Source: Acidimicrobiia bacterium (GTDB lineage: Bacteria; Actinomycetota; Acidimicrobiia; Spongiisociales; Spongiisociaceae). Taken from it: 64,000 nucleotides of DNA. Each line of letters opens with the position of its first letter. The stretch's first letter is position 1. Where the stretch lies: NCBI GenBank assembly GCA_965231815.1, contig OZ246890.1:1799469-1863468 (forward strand), written 5' to 3'. Below the pieces are notes generated by a model. That model did no database searches. It was given only the letters and a program-made list of their open reading frames with translations, and was not told the DNA's origin. Shown one piece after another: positions 10,251 through 19,215 of the stretch. The position numbers and the translations under genes were made by a program.

Positions 10251-13200
10251 GTGAAGGGAATGCGTGTGGTCGATATTCCCAAGTGCCCAAGATGTGACCA
10301 CGAGATGGTCTTGCGTACGGCGCGGAAAGGCGCGAGGGCCGGGAGCCGGTTTTGGGGGTGTAGCACTTTCCCGCGGTGCAGAGGAACGCGGAAGTATATC
10401 GGCAATGGTCGCGCGCATCCCCGGCGTGGTGTGAAGGTTGGGGTCGCTGGTCCGACCTCAACCTCAGATCAATCTCGCGAGACGTTCGTCCGGCGTTGCG
10501 GTTCGGGGTGTCCTGTACATGTGGCTTCCGAGGGGTTGGCTAATTCGCTGCGGAAGGCTCGTGTGGATTGGTCAGACGGCACCACATCGACCTATCGGAA
10601 GCTGGGGTGGAGCGCTGAGTACGCGACGGCGGGGGCTTCTCTACGATCGATAGGCCTCAACGGTGTGGCTGCCTTGTCCAACTGCTGGTTGGCGAGCGAC
10701 CGCGCCGGTAGTCTTCCGGATGAGGACTCTCTGCGCGTGCTGGGCGTGATGGGGAAACTCTTGCGCCGTGGCGTTGCGCCACCTCTACATCCTGAATCCG
10801 AACGGACATTGCTTAGTTCTGTCGGGCTAGACGATCTTCTCATATCCGGCCCCCTGCCGGGCGACGTGTCTCCCACACTCCGATCCGCGCACCGTGTGGA
10901 TCGAGCGGCATTCGACGCCATTCAAGGAGACCAGGTTGAGGTAGAGCGCGGCTTGGTCGAGTCTGCGGATGAGGAACGTCTGGTCAGTTGGATGATTGAG
11001 CATCACGCGTGGGCGGCACGCTGGCTGGTGCCGCAGGCCTCGTTCGACCGTTTACTACAGGCGGGAGGACATAGGAAAACGGGAAACCGTAGGTGCGACT
11101 TCCTCTGGGCGCCGCCCGGTGTTTCTCCAGTAGTGATCGAGGTAGACGGCGCTCAGCACGAACAGCAAGTGTTGGCTGATACAGAGAGGGACCGGCTCCT
11201 GCGGTCGATTGGTATTCGTACGATTCGTGTTCCTACTAGCGAGCTTCAGGATGGACACGGCCATGCCCTTGATCGGGTGTCGACCGTGGTTTCCCGTATC
11301 GGAGGACCAGCCACTAGACGGTATATGCCCGCCTCGGACACCGATGTGCGTCTGGTTTGGGGCGCGATCCAGGTCCATCGTTTCGTTCTGGGTTTGTGCG
11401 AGTCGCTACGACGGGGATTCCTACGCGGAGATACTTGGGTCGTCGAGGTCGAGGATCCCACGGGTACGGCTGTGGATCTGGTCGCCCCTTACTTGGAGAC
11501 TCTTTACGCGCTTGATCGCCTCTGGGCTACCAGTTCGGTAGCGCCTGAGCGGGTCCTGCTCACTACGCCCACCGGACCGATCCTCTTGCAGCGCACATCC
11601 GAGGGTCGATATGAACGTACAACGGTCGGGACGGAGGATCGGGCGAGAAGGCCGCAGGTGCGGATGCTTCTCCAATGCGACCTCACCTCTTGCCAGCCGA
11701 TTCCTGACGCAGATGTCACACCGACGGTTGTGCTCAGATCCACCGGTGTGCCCTTTCTGATGTCCGACCCGGGGACAGTCGCTACTAGGCGAGATCGTGT
11801 CAGCCTGGAGGGCGAAGGGGTGCGGGACGCCATGACGGCTCTCCTCCGGGCAGTGTTCGCCAAGCGCGACTTCCGTGAAGGACAGTACGAAGCGATCTGC
11901 GAGGTGATGGCGGGAAGGGACTGCGCCGTGCTTCTTCCGACCGGTGCCGGCAAGAGCCTCGTCTACCAGTTCGCCGGGCTGTTTCTTCCCGGCCGGTGTC
12001 TGGTGGTCGATCCCCTGGTAGCGCTCATCGAGGACCAAGTCGAAGGGCTACACCGCTACGGAATCGACCGTGTCGAGGGCATCACACACGACATAGTCAG
12101 CAGAGGTGACGCAAGTACAATAATGAAAGCGATCGCAGAAGCTGACGTGTACTTCATGCTGGTCGCGCCTGAACGTCTGCAGATACCGGACTTTCGCGAG
12201 ACGTTGCGGGAACTAGCGGCTGGGACACCGGTCAACCTAGCCGTTGTAGATGAAGCCCATTGCGTGTCCGAGTGGGGACATGACTATCGCCACTCGTATC
12301 TCAGCCTGGGCCGGGTCTTGCGTGTTTTGTGTGAGGACTCAGCCAAAGAGCCCCCACCGTTGCTTGCGCTCACGGGGACCGCCTCGCGGGCTGTGCTAAG
12401 AGATGTGCTGTTTCAGCTCGAGATTCGGCAGGTGTCGGACAACTCCATAGTACGACCTGAGACGTTCGACCGTCCTGAACTCAACTATCACGTAGTGTCC
12501 ATCGACGTCAACTACCGTATGCCTCGGCTTCGTAGTGAATTACGGAGGCTACCGGCTCTCTTCGGGGAGCCTAGGTCCGCGTTCTTCGAGCCGGCGGGCA
12601 AGAACACCTTCCCCGGTCTGGTCTTTGTACCGACCGTCAACGGCTTCCCTTCACTCGAGAAGATCACCAAACTGACGGAAGAGGTCATTCCCTCGGTCAG
12701 GATGTTCTCGGGTAAGGTGCCGCGGGGTTTCAATCAGACGCGGTATAAGTCCGAGAAGCGGAGGAATGCCCGTCTATTCATGAACAACTCATCTGTAGCA
12801 CTCGTGTCCACGAAAGCCTTCGGTATGGGCATCGACAAACCGGACATTCGCTGGGTGGTGCACCACATGCTTCCCGGTTCTATCGAGTCCTACTACCAGG
12901 AGGTCGGACGAGCCGGCCGTAATGGAGACCCGGCGCATTGTGTGTTGATGATTAGCGAGTACGACCCGAGTCGTAACCGACAACTGCTGGCCGAGGACCG
13001 CTCTTTGGAGTCTGCACGTGAACGGCACGGCCGCATTCGGCGGTCTGAGCGTGACGATGTGACCACTGCCCTGTTTTTCCATCTATCCAATTTCGCAGGG
13101 ATAGACACCGAAGTGTCCGTTCTCGTGGAGGTAGCGGCTGCGCTAGCGCCCGGGGCGGAACGCCGAAATATCGAGCTACCTTTCAAAGGGGATCGATCAA

Positions 13201-14102
13201 AGCGGGAACGAGCCCTTCACCGTCTCTCGATTCTGGGTGTGGTGAGCGACTATCTCGTCAGATTCAGAGCAGAGACCTTTGTAGTAACCGTTGCCGGAGT
13301 TAGGCCCGACACGGTCGGCGAAGCGTTGGAAGAGTTCGTCAGGCGTAGCCAGCCTGGACTGTTGACTGAGATCAAAGACCGCGTCGGACGGCACGACGAC
13401 CTCATGACTGCAATCGAGGGCTGTGGGCGTGAACTGATCAAGTTCGTATACCGCACCGTCGAGCAAACACGCCGCCGCTCCCTCAGAGAGATGTGGCTAG
13501 CCGCACACGCCGCCGCGCGGAGCAACAATCCCAACCGAGAGCTCCGCCGTCGAATACTCGACTACATGACCGAAGGTGATGTCACCCCTGTCATGCTCCG
13601 CCTGGCGGAAGAGTCCCATTTCAGGTTTTCCGACTGGGTATCGGCGTGGGAATCAATGGAGGGCGACTCAGACGCCCGGGAGTGGCGAGCCGCGGCAGCC
13701 CGTCTGCTCGGCTCCTACCCAACTCATCCCGGCCTGCTGGTGTCGCGGGCCCTACCCGAAGTTCTGTTGGACGACGGTGACCCGAATGAGTTCGAGTCGA
13801 ACCTGCGAGAAGCGTTTCAGTCGGCCAAGAGTGAGTATCAGGCAGACGAAGCAGACACTGTCGGCGCCGTCCGCCTGATTCTCGAACGCGTAATGGAGGA
13901 GCGCCCACTCTGGGGATCTGCCGTGGCCGGCGCGGCTTACTACGCCGGAGTGTCCGACGCAGACGATACCGACTCGTCGGCAACGACCCACACCTCGCGT
14001 GAGAGTTGGCCGATCGCGGCCTTCACTCTCGCCGAAGGCGTTGAGGTTGCTATCTCACTTACACGGGCAGTCCTGGACATCTATAGAGAGGACCGACAGT
14101 GA
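10251..14102 (+). CDS. Multidomain protein: topoisomerase-type C4 zinc finger + DUF559 (Vsr-like PD-(D/E)xK endonuclease) + RecQ-family SF2 helicase + unassigned C-terminal region
   Basis: N-terminal CPRCDHEM ... CSTFPRC; central PVVIEVDGAQHE ... DRLLRSIGIRTIRV (DUF559); helicase motifs LLPTGAGKSL, VVDEAHCVSEWGHDYR, VSTKAFGMGIDKPDIRWVVHHMLPGSIESYYQEVGRAGRNG; GTG start. Confidence 0.8.
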   Translation: MKGMRVVDIPKCPRCDHEMVLRTARKGARAGSRFWGCSTFPRCRGTRKYIGNGRAHPRRGVKVGVAGPTSTSDQSRETFVRRCGSGCPVHVASEGLANSLRKARVDWSDGTTSTYRKLGWSAEYATAGASLRSIGLNGVAALSNCWLASDRAGSLPDEDSLRVLGVMGKLLRRGVAPPLHPESERTLLSSVGLDDLLISGPLPGDVSPTLRSAHRVDRAAFDAIQGDQVEVERGLVESADEERLVSWMIEHHAWAARWLVPQASFDRLLQAGGHRKTGNRRCDFLWAPPGVSPVVIEVDGAQHEQQVLADTERDRLLRSIGIRTIRVPTSELQDGHGHALDRVSTVVSRIGGPATRRYMPASDTDVRLVWGAIQVHRFVLGLCESLRRGFLRGDTWVVEVEDPTGTAVDLVAPYLETLYALDRLWATSSVAPERVLLTTPTGPILLQRTSEGRYERTTVGTEDRARRPQVRMLLQCDLTSCQPIPDADVTPTVVLRSTGVPFLMSDPGTVATRRDRVSLEGEGVRDAMTALLRAVFAKRDFREGQYEAICEVMAGRDCAVLLPTGAGKSLVYQFAGLFLPGRCLVVDPLVALIEDQVEGLHRYGIDRVEGITHDIVSRGDASTIMKAIAEADVYFMLVAPERLQIPDFRETLRELAAGTPVNLAVVDEAHCVSEWGHDYRHSYLSLGRVLRVLCEDSAKEPPPLLALTGTASRAVLRDVLFQLEIRQVSDNSIVRPETFDRPELNYHVVSIDVNYRMPRLRSELRRLPALFGEPRSAFFEPAGKNTFPGLVFVPTVNGFPSLEKITKLTEEVIPSVRMFSGKVPRGFNQTRYKSEKRRNARLFMNNSSVALVSTKAFGMGIDKPDIRWVVHHMLPGSIESYYQEVGRAGRNGDPAHCVLMISEYDPSRNRQLLAEDRSLESARERHGRIRRSERDDVTTALFFHLSNFAGIDTEVSVLVEVAAALAPGAERRNIELPFKGDRSKRERALHRLSILGVVSDYLVRFRAETFVVTVAGVRPDTVGEALEEFVRRSQPGLLTEIKDRVGRHDDLMTAIEGCGRELIKFVYRTVEQTRRRSLREMWLAAHAAARSNNPNRELRRRILDYMTEGDVTPVMLRLAEESHFRFSDWVSAWESMEGDSDAREWRAAAARLLGSYPTHPGLLVSRALPEVLLDDGDPNEFESNLREAFQSAKSEYQADEADTVGAVRLILERVMEERPLWGSAVAGAAYYAGVSDADDTDSSATTHTSRESWPIAAFTLAEGVEVAISLTRAVLDIYREDRQ

Positions 14103-14674
14103 CCGATGGCAACATTGTCGAATTCGAAACCGTACACCGCCGCTTCGGGGAGGCCGTCGAAGCTCTCAAGCAGCTGTCCGAGCTGATGGGTGGGCTACGC
14201 CAGGCCGAAAAGGTGAAAGCGCGAACCGCGGCGACTATGTCCGACGCCTCCGATCGCCTTCGAGAAACGTCCGCAACCCTAGCGTCGTATTGCGAACTCT
14301 TGCGCTCGGCGTTGGCTTCAACGATTCAAGCCCTGCAGTCCGCCGAGAATCTAGCGACCGGGGCTGAGCTATCAGCGATCCGAACCGAGGTGGCCTCCAA
14401 TAAGGCAGCCCTTGCGCACCTAGTCGAGGCCGAAGATTCTCGCAACGTCAAGCTTGCCGACTTGGCTAACCGACAGAACACGATCGCCGACACAGTCGAG
14501 ACAATCCAGAATAGGATCGACGGAGCTCTCTCTCAGGCGCAACAATCTCGAGACAATGCCCTCTCCGAACTCACGGAAACCAAGAACCGACTCGAGATAC
14601 TCGAAATCCGCCTCAGCGGACTACCGCCCAAAATCCGCCGCAAGTACGACCTAGACAACCTTTCACCCTCCTAA
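14099..14674 (+). CDS. Coiled-coil protein, translationally coupled to the upstream helicase gene
   Basis: GTG start overlaps the upstream TGA (GTGA); 191 aa, heptad-like Ala/Leu/Glu/Arg-rich sequence, no catalytic motif recognised. Confidence 0.6.
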   Translation: MTDGNIVEFETVHRRFGEAVEALKQLSELMGGLRQAEKVKARTAATMSDASDRLRETSATLASYCELLRSALASTIQALQSAENLATGAELSAIRTEVASNKAALAHLVEAEDSRNVKLADLANRQNTIADTVETIQNRIDGALSQAQQSRDNALSELTETKNRLEILEIRLSGLPPKIRRKYDLDNLSPS

Positions 14675-14678
14675 CCCG

Positions 14679-15437
14679 ATGCTGATCGTCAGCGACGTTC
14701 ATGCCGCCTTCGCCGAGTTGGCCGCGGTGGCAGGCCTGGGAGAGCCGCTGCTGGTTTTGGGTGATCTGCTCAACTTCGTCGACTACCGCACCGGCGCCGG
14801 CATTGTTGGCGACGTATACGGGCGCGATCATGTGACGGAGTTCATCCGGAATCGCAAGAAAGGTGATTGGGATGCAAACCGACGCTTGTGGCGGAGGACG
14901 ACCGCCGGAAGGTCCGCGGAACTAGCGGCTCGAACCCGTGAGAGGGTGCTCGAGCAGTACGCAGCCGCTCGGCGTGCGCTGGACGGCGCCGACGCCTACG
15001 TAACGTTCGGGAACGTGGACTGGCCTGACGAGATGAGGGCGTGCTTGTCGAACGTCGCCCGGATAGTCGACGGTGAGGTGGTCGAGATCGAGGGTTACTC
15101 GGTGGGTTTTGCGGGCGGCGGGGTACCGACACCCGCCAACGCGCGGGGAGAGGTGTCACACGAGGCAATGGCCGAAAAGTTGGAGGGACTGGGTGCGGTC
15201 GACATACTCTGTACCCACGTAGCCCCTTCGATTGCTCCCTTGCAGCGAGACGTCATCACCGGTGTTCTGGAGCGATCGTCAACGGCGGTACTGGAGTACC
15301 TGCTCGCCTACCAACCGTCTTTCCACTACTTCGGAGACGTACACCAACCACAGGCGAACATGTGGAGGGTGGGCAGGACGCTATGCCGCAACGTGGGGTA
15401 TTTCCGCGCCACCGCCCGTCCGGTACGCCACGGCTAG
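14679..15437 (+). CDS. Calcineurin-like metallophosphoesterase
   Basis: DVH, GDLLN, GNVD, CTHVAP and GDVH metal-binding motifs; starts 5 nt after the previous stop. Confidence 0.75.
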   Translation: MLIVSDVHAAFAELAAVAGLGEPLLVLGDLLNFVDYRTGAGIVGDVYGRDHVTEFIRNRKKGDWDANRRLWRRTTAGRSAELAARTRERVLEQYAAARRALDGADAYVTFGNVDWPDEMRACLSNVARIVDGEVVEIEGYSVGFAGGGVPTPANARGEVSHEAMAEKLEGLGAVDILCTHVAPSIAPLQRDVITGVLERSSTAVLEYLLAYQPSFHYFGDVHQPQANMWRVGRTLCRNVGYFRATARPVRHG

Positions 15438-15763
15438 CCGCAGCCGCAGCCACCCCCGCCGCCGGCCGGGTTCTGGTTTATCACGCTGAATCCTTCACCC
15501 TGAGCGGTCTGGACGAAGTCGATTTCCACGCCGCGGACCGTTTCCCGAGCGGTGTTGGCCACGGCTACCTTGACGCCGTGGGCCTCTTCCACCTCGTAGG
15601 CGTCGTCGACCTCGGGCAGGAAGGCCAGACCGTAGACGGTTCGGCAGCATCCCTGGCCGGCCGGATAGACGTGCAGGTAAGAGCGGTCGACTTCCCCATC
15701 GGCAATCTCCAATACTTTCTCGGCTGCGGTAGAAGACAACGCCACCAGCGCTCCGTTACCCAT
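15434..15763 (-). CDS. erpA: Fe-S cluster insertion protein (HesB/IscA/ErpA family)
   Basis: LSSTAAEKVLEI ... GQGCCRTVYGLAF ... C-terminal GCGCG; start taken at MGNGAL. Confidence 0.8.
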   Translation of the reverse strand: MGNGALVALSSTAAEKVLEIADGEVDRSYLHVYPAGQGCCRTVYGLAFLPEVDDAYEVEEAHGVKVAVANTARETVRGVEIDFVQTAQGEGFSVINQNPAGGGGGCGCG

Positions 15764-15826
15764 TTCTAATCCCTTCCTTGGCGGTCTCGACGATCCTAGG
15801 ATATCTAAGCCGCCCATATTGACCCC

Positions 15827-16258
15827 GTGGCCTTACAGCCCATGTACTTCGAGCCCCGACAGATACTGAACTCCCAAGGCTATGCCGACCCTCCCGGTCC
15901 CGATAAGGGGGTTCTTCGCACCAGGTACATCGCCTTGGTGGAGGCCCGTCTTTACGATCGCAATGCTTCTGCCTTACAGCGCCAAGGGAGGCTGGCAACC
16001 TACGCACCATACGAGGGCCAGGAAGCGATCCAGATCGGAGCGGTAGCGCAGCTCCAGCCCGCGTGGCACCCCGATCATTCCTACGGTACGTCCGCCATCC
16101 TGTCGGTGGGGCGTTCCCATCCGAGACCGGTCGTAAGGGACGGTGCGGTTGCGATCGCTCACCAGTTTCCTCTGAGCCTTTCCTACGACCACCGCATAAT
16201 CGACGGAGCCGAGGGGCGCCGGTTCATGGCAGCGGTCACCGATGCATTGGAGAGCTAG
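15827..16258 (+). pseudogene. Deletion scar of a 2-oxoacid (branched-chain keto-acid/pyruvate) dehydrogenase operon: E1-alpha N-terminal fragment fused in frame to the E2 C-terminal ~50 aa
   Basis: ARLYDRNASALQRQGRLATYAPYEGQEAIQIGA (E1-alpha TPP region) followed by AILSVGRSHPRPVVRDGAVAIAHQFPLSLSYDHRIIDGAEGRRFM (E2 catalytic C-terminus) in a 143-aa ORF. Confidence 0.6.
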
Positions 16259-16260
16259 GA

Positions 16261-16372
16261 GGGTCCTGAAAAACGAATCTTACGGGGTTCGGCGGTTGGC
16301 AAACTGCCTGGTCATGGAGTTGTGGGTTAGCGGCCGAACCCCTTTGTGCGGGGTTTCTCAGCACCCTCCTAG
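16261..16372 (-). repeat. Interspersed repeat family A copy A2 (reverse orientation)
   Basis: Reverse complement matches A3/A4 almost exactly. Confidence 0.75.
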
Positions 16373-16439
16373 TTCCTCCGGTTGAGCGGTACCTCTTCGG
16401 AGGGCTCGAGGACGTTCCCGGATATCTATCCTTGCCGAC

Positions 16440-17477
16440 GTGAAGGTAGGGGTACGCAGATCAAGCAATGCCGGACGTAGGCCGAAGGATCCGTGGGCTC
16501 GGTTCAAAGCAGGGGTCGGTCTGCTGGCGCTGGTGCTGGCAGTGGGCACGGGCGGGTACATGGCGCTCGGACTCGGACTGCTCGATGCCCTCTACCAGAC
16601 GGTAATCACCATCTCGACGGTAGGTTATAGGGAGATAGGGGAGGTCGCGGAGCGGTACAAGGTGTTCACCGTCCTCCTGATCCTATTCGGTACCGGTACC
16701 AGTTTGTATACGTTAGGGGTGCTGATCGAGACCATGTTCGAAGGACGATTGGATAACCAGTTTCGGACACGCCGAATGCAGCGCAAGATCGATCGGCTGA
16801 GCGGCCATGTGGTCCTGTGTGGTTACGGTCAGGTGGGCAGGGCCATCGAGGGCGAGTTGCTCGACGCCGGGGAGGCCGTGGTGGCGGTGGATTCTCGTGA
16901 GCCCGAGTATCAGCAGTTTCCCGAAGACCACCGGATGGTCTTGGGAGACGCCACCGAGGACTCGATCCTCCTCCAAGCCGGCCTTGATCGCGCCAAGGTC
17001 TTGGTGGTGGCCCTGAACTCCGATGTCGATAACCTATTCATAACTCTTACCGCGCGGGCCATCAACCCGGAACTCTTCATAGTTGCCCGGGCCAATGAAT
17101 CGCTCACGCACCCGAAGCTGAGGAGAGCAGGCGCCGATCGAGTGGTTAATCCGCACCAGATCGGGGGTACGCGTATGGCGGCCCTCGTTTCCCATCCCGA
17201 GGTGGCGGAGTTTCTCGATGTGGTCATGCAGGATGGTGAATTCAAGGTACGGCTTGCTGAAGTTCCGATCACCGACGATTCACCGTTGGCTAATCGTTCG
17301 CTCGCGGAATGCAGGATCCGCACCAAGACCGGCGCTTCGGTGTTGTCGGTGCAGAGAGAGCAGAGTTATTTGACCAATCCAGACGGATCATTCGTTTTCG
17401 CGCCGGGGGACCTGCTTATTTCGTTGGGAACGGATGCGCAGTTGATCGCTCTTCGCGCTCAGGCGCGTGCAACTTGA
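16440..17477 (+). CDS. Potassium-channel family protein with RCK/TrkA-N and TrkA-C domains (MthK-like), non-canonical filter
   Basis: Pore helix and filter TISTVGYRE (canonical TVGYGD); Rossmann VVLCGYGQVGR. Confidence 0.8.
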   Translation: MKVGVRRSSNAGRRPKDPWARFKAGVGLLALVLAVGTGGYMALGLGLLDALYQTVITISTVGYREIGEVAERYKVFTVLLILFGTGTSLYTLGVLIETMFEGRLDNQFRTRRMQRKIDRLSGHVVLCGYGQVGRAIEGELLDAGEAVVAVDSREPEYQQFPEDHRMVLGDATEDSILLQAGLDRAKVLVVALNSDVDNLFITLTARAINPELFIVARANESLTHPKLRRAGADRVVNPHQIGGTRMAALVSHPEVAEFLDVVMQDGEFKVRLAEVPITDDSPLANRSLAECRIRTKTGASVLSVQREQSYLTNPDGSFVFAPGDLLISLGTDAQLIALRAQARAT

Positions 17478-17497
17478 GTCGTCCTGCTGAGCGGCGC

Positions 17498-18145
17498 TTG
17501 ACGGAGCGGGATCCCGGCCGAGTGCTATGGGCTCTTTGTCGGCCCCCGGTGCGATTACTTGCAGCCTGGCTCCCGTACTCCTCGGTCAGGAGGTGCCCAC
17601 CACCGGCAGGGGCGTATGTCGCAGTTATCAACCACCTTTCGCATCTGGATCCGCCGGTTGTCGCGCTGGCGCTTCGGCGTCCGATCAGATTCCTGGCGCT
17701 CGACGAACTCTGGGGTAATTCGGCAATGCTGGATTGGGTCTTGAATACCTTCGGGGCGGTTCCTTTCCCACGAGAAGGTAGGTATCCGGTCGGGGCACTC
17801 AGGCAAGCCGTCAAACACCTCCGATCCGGGCAAATCGTCGGAGTGTTCCCGGAAGGTCGAAGGGTGCGCGACTGGGGAGATGCGCCGATCACCAAGGGAG
17901 CGGCCTGGCTGGCGTTGCAGGCGAACGTCCCTCTGGTACCGGTCGCAATCCGGGGTACCCAGCATGCCATGCCGCTGGATAAGGTACGGATACGCCGAGC
18001 ACCGGTACGGGTAGTGGTCGGATGTCCCCTAGAGCCGATCCGGTTTGCGGATCTCCCGGATCCGGTAGCGGCCCTTACCCGGGCCGCGGCCTCAGCCCTC
18101 GATCAGGAGCTGCGCCTAATACGGGGAGGTGTTGTCGGCGACTAG
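17498..18145 (+). CDS. plsC: 1-acyl-sn-glycerol-3-phosphate acyltransferase
   Basis: NHLSHLDP and FPEGRR acyltransferase motifs; start uncertain (TTG 17498 or GTG 17522). Confidence 0.75.
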   Translation: MTERDPGRVLWALCRPPVRLLAAWLPYSSVRRCPPPAGAYVAVINHLSHLDPPVVALALRRPIRFLALDELWGNSAMLDWVLNTFGAVPFPREGRYPVGALRQAVKHLRSGQIVGVFPEGRRVRDWGDAPITKGAAWLALQANVPLVPVAIRGTQHAMPLDKVRIRRAPVRVVVGCPLEPIRFADLPDPVAALTRAAASALDQELRLIRGGVVGD

Positions 18146-18220
18146 TCCGTCCCGTTGGTTTCAGGTGGAGGGGATGCCCGAACGTCGGTGGGAGTGGTCA
18201 TTGCTATTATCAAGAATCGC

Positions 18221-18293
18221 GCCGGGGTAGCTCAGTCGGCAGAGCGGCTCATTCGTAATGAGCAGGTCAGGGGTTCGATTCCCCTCTCCGGCT
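18221..18293 (+). tRNA. tRNA-Thr (anticodon CGT)
   Basis: Cloverleaf folded by hand: acceptor GCCGGGG/CTCCGGC, anticodon stem GCTCA/TGAGC, loop TTCGTAA, T-arm AGGGG-TTCGATT-CCCCT. Confidence 0.9.
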
Positions 18294-18389
18294 CCGTACT
18301 ACTTCGGATTCGTCGTGATCTCGCGCCGTTTATCGTATGAATCGGCGGGGTATCAGAAGGGTGGGTGCAGTCGACCATGGCGCAGGACG

Positions 18390-18974
18390 ATGGCTGATAG
18401 GCAGAACTTTGAAAGGGATGCCTTGGTGCACGCCCATAGGCTCTATTCGGCGGCGCTGAGGATGACCCGGAACCGGGCCGATGCCGAGGATCTGGTACAG
18501 GAGACCTTCCTGAAGGCTTACCGTGGCTACGACGGGTTCACGGAAGGGACGAACCTCCGAGCCTGGCTCTACCGGATACTCACCAATACCTTCATCAACC
18601 GCTACCGGAAAGGTCAGCGCAGGCCTAAGGAGGTCGAACTCGACGAGGTGGAGGATCTCTATCTCTACCGAAGGTTGGCGCCCACGGTGTCCAACCGGGT
18701 GGCCCGTTCAGCGGAGGATCAGGTCTTCGAGTCGCTGGAGGGGGCGGATGTCAGGGACGCTATCGATAAGCTTCCGGGTCCGTACCGGATGCCGTTGCTG
18801 CTAGTAGGTTTGGAGGGATTCTCATACAAGGAGACCGCCGCCATGCTGGATATTCCCATCGGTACGGTCATGTCCCGGTTGCATCGCGGAAGAAAGATGC
18901 TGCAGAGGCTATTGTGGGAGCAGGCGAAGGAATACGGGATCGCCACTCCGACCGAGGACGCCGATGAAGGATAA
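18390..18974 (+). CDS. ECF (sigma-70 group 4) RNA polymerase sigma factor, SigR/SigH/SigE-like
   Basis: Region 2 [12 protein letters not shown] and region 4 [23 protein letters not shown]; followed by a ZAS anti-sigma gene. Confidence 0.85.
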   Translation: MADRQNFERDALVHAHRLYSAALRMTRNRADAEDLVQETFLKAYRGYDGFTEGTNLRAWLYRILTNTFINRYRKGQRRPKEVELDEVEDLYLYRRLAPTVSNRVARSAEDQVFESLEGADVRDAIDKLPGPYRMPLLLVGLEGFSYKETAAMLDIPIGTVMSRLHRGRKMLQRLLWEQAKEYGIATPTEDADEG

Positions 18975-19206
18975 GGACAGATGTATCCGGGCGCTCACAC
19001 GCGTCTATTCCTACCTGGACGGAGAGATCCGGACCATGCGCAGGGTGCGAATACGGCTGCACCTGCGGAATTGCATCAACTGCGAGCGGGTTTACGAGTT
19101 CGAGCGACGCTTTATGGGTTTCGTTCGTGAGCGTATCCGGGTTGAGGCGCCGCCGGAGGTCGTTGAGCGTATCCGGGTATCCATCCGCGACTTGAGACGT
19201 CGCTGA
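18964..19206 (+). CDS. Zinc-binding anti-sigma factor (ZAS family, RsrA/RshA-like)
   Basis: 80 aa with C7 ... HLRNCINC (H-x3-C-x2-C); overlaps the sigma gene end. Confidence 0.75.
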   Translation: MKDKDRCIRALTRVYSYLDGEIRTMRRVRIRLHLRNCINCERVYEFERRFMGFVRERIRVEAPPEVVERIRVSIRDLRRR

Positions 19207-19215
19207 TCCGATAGC

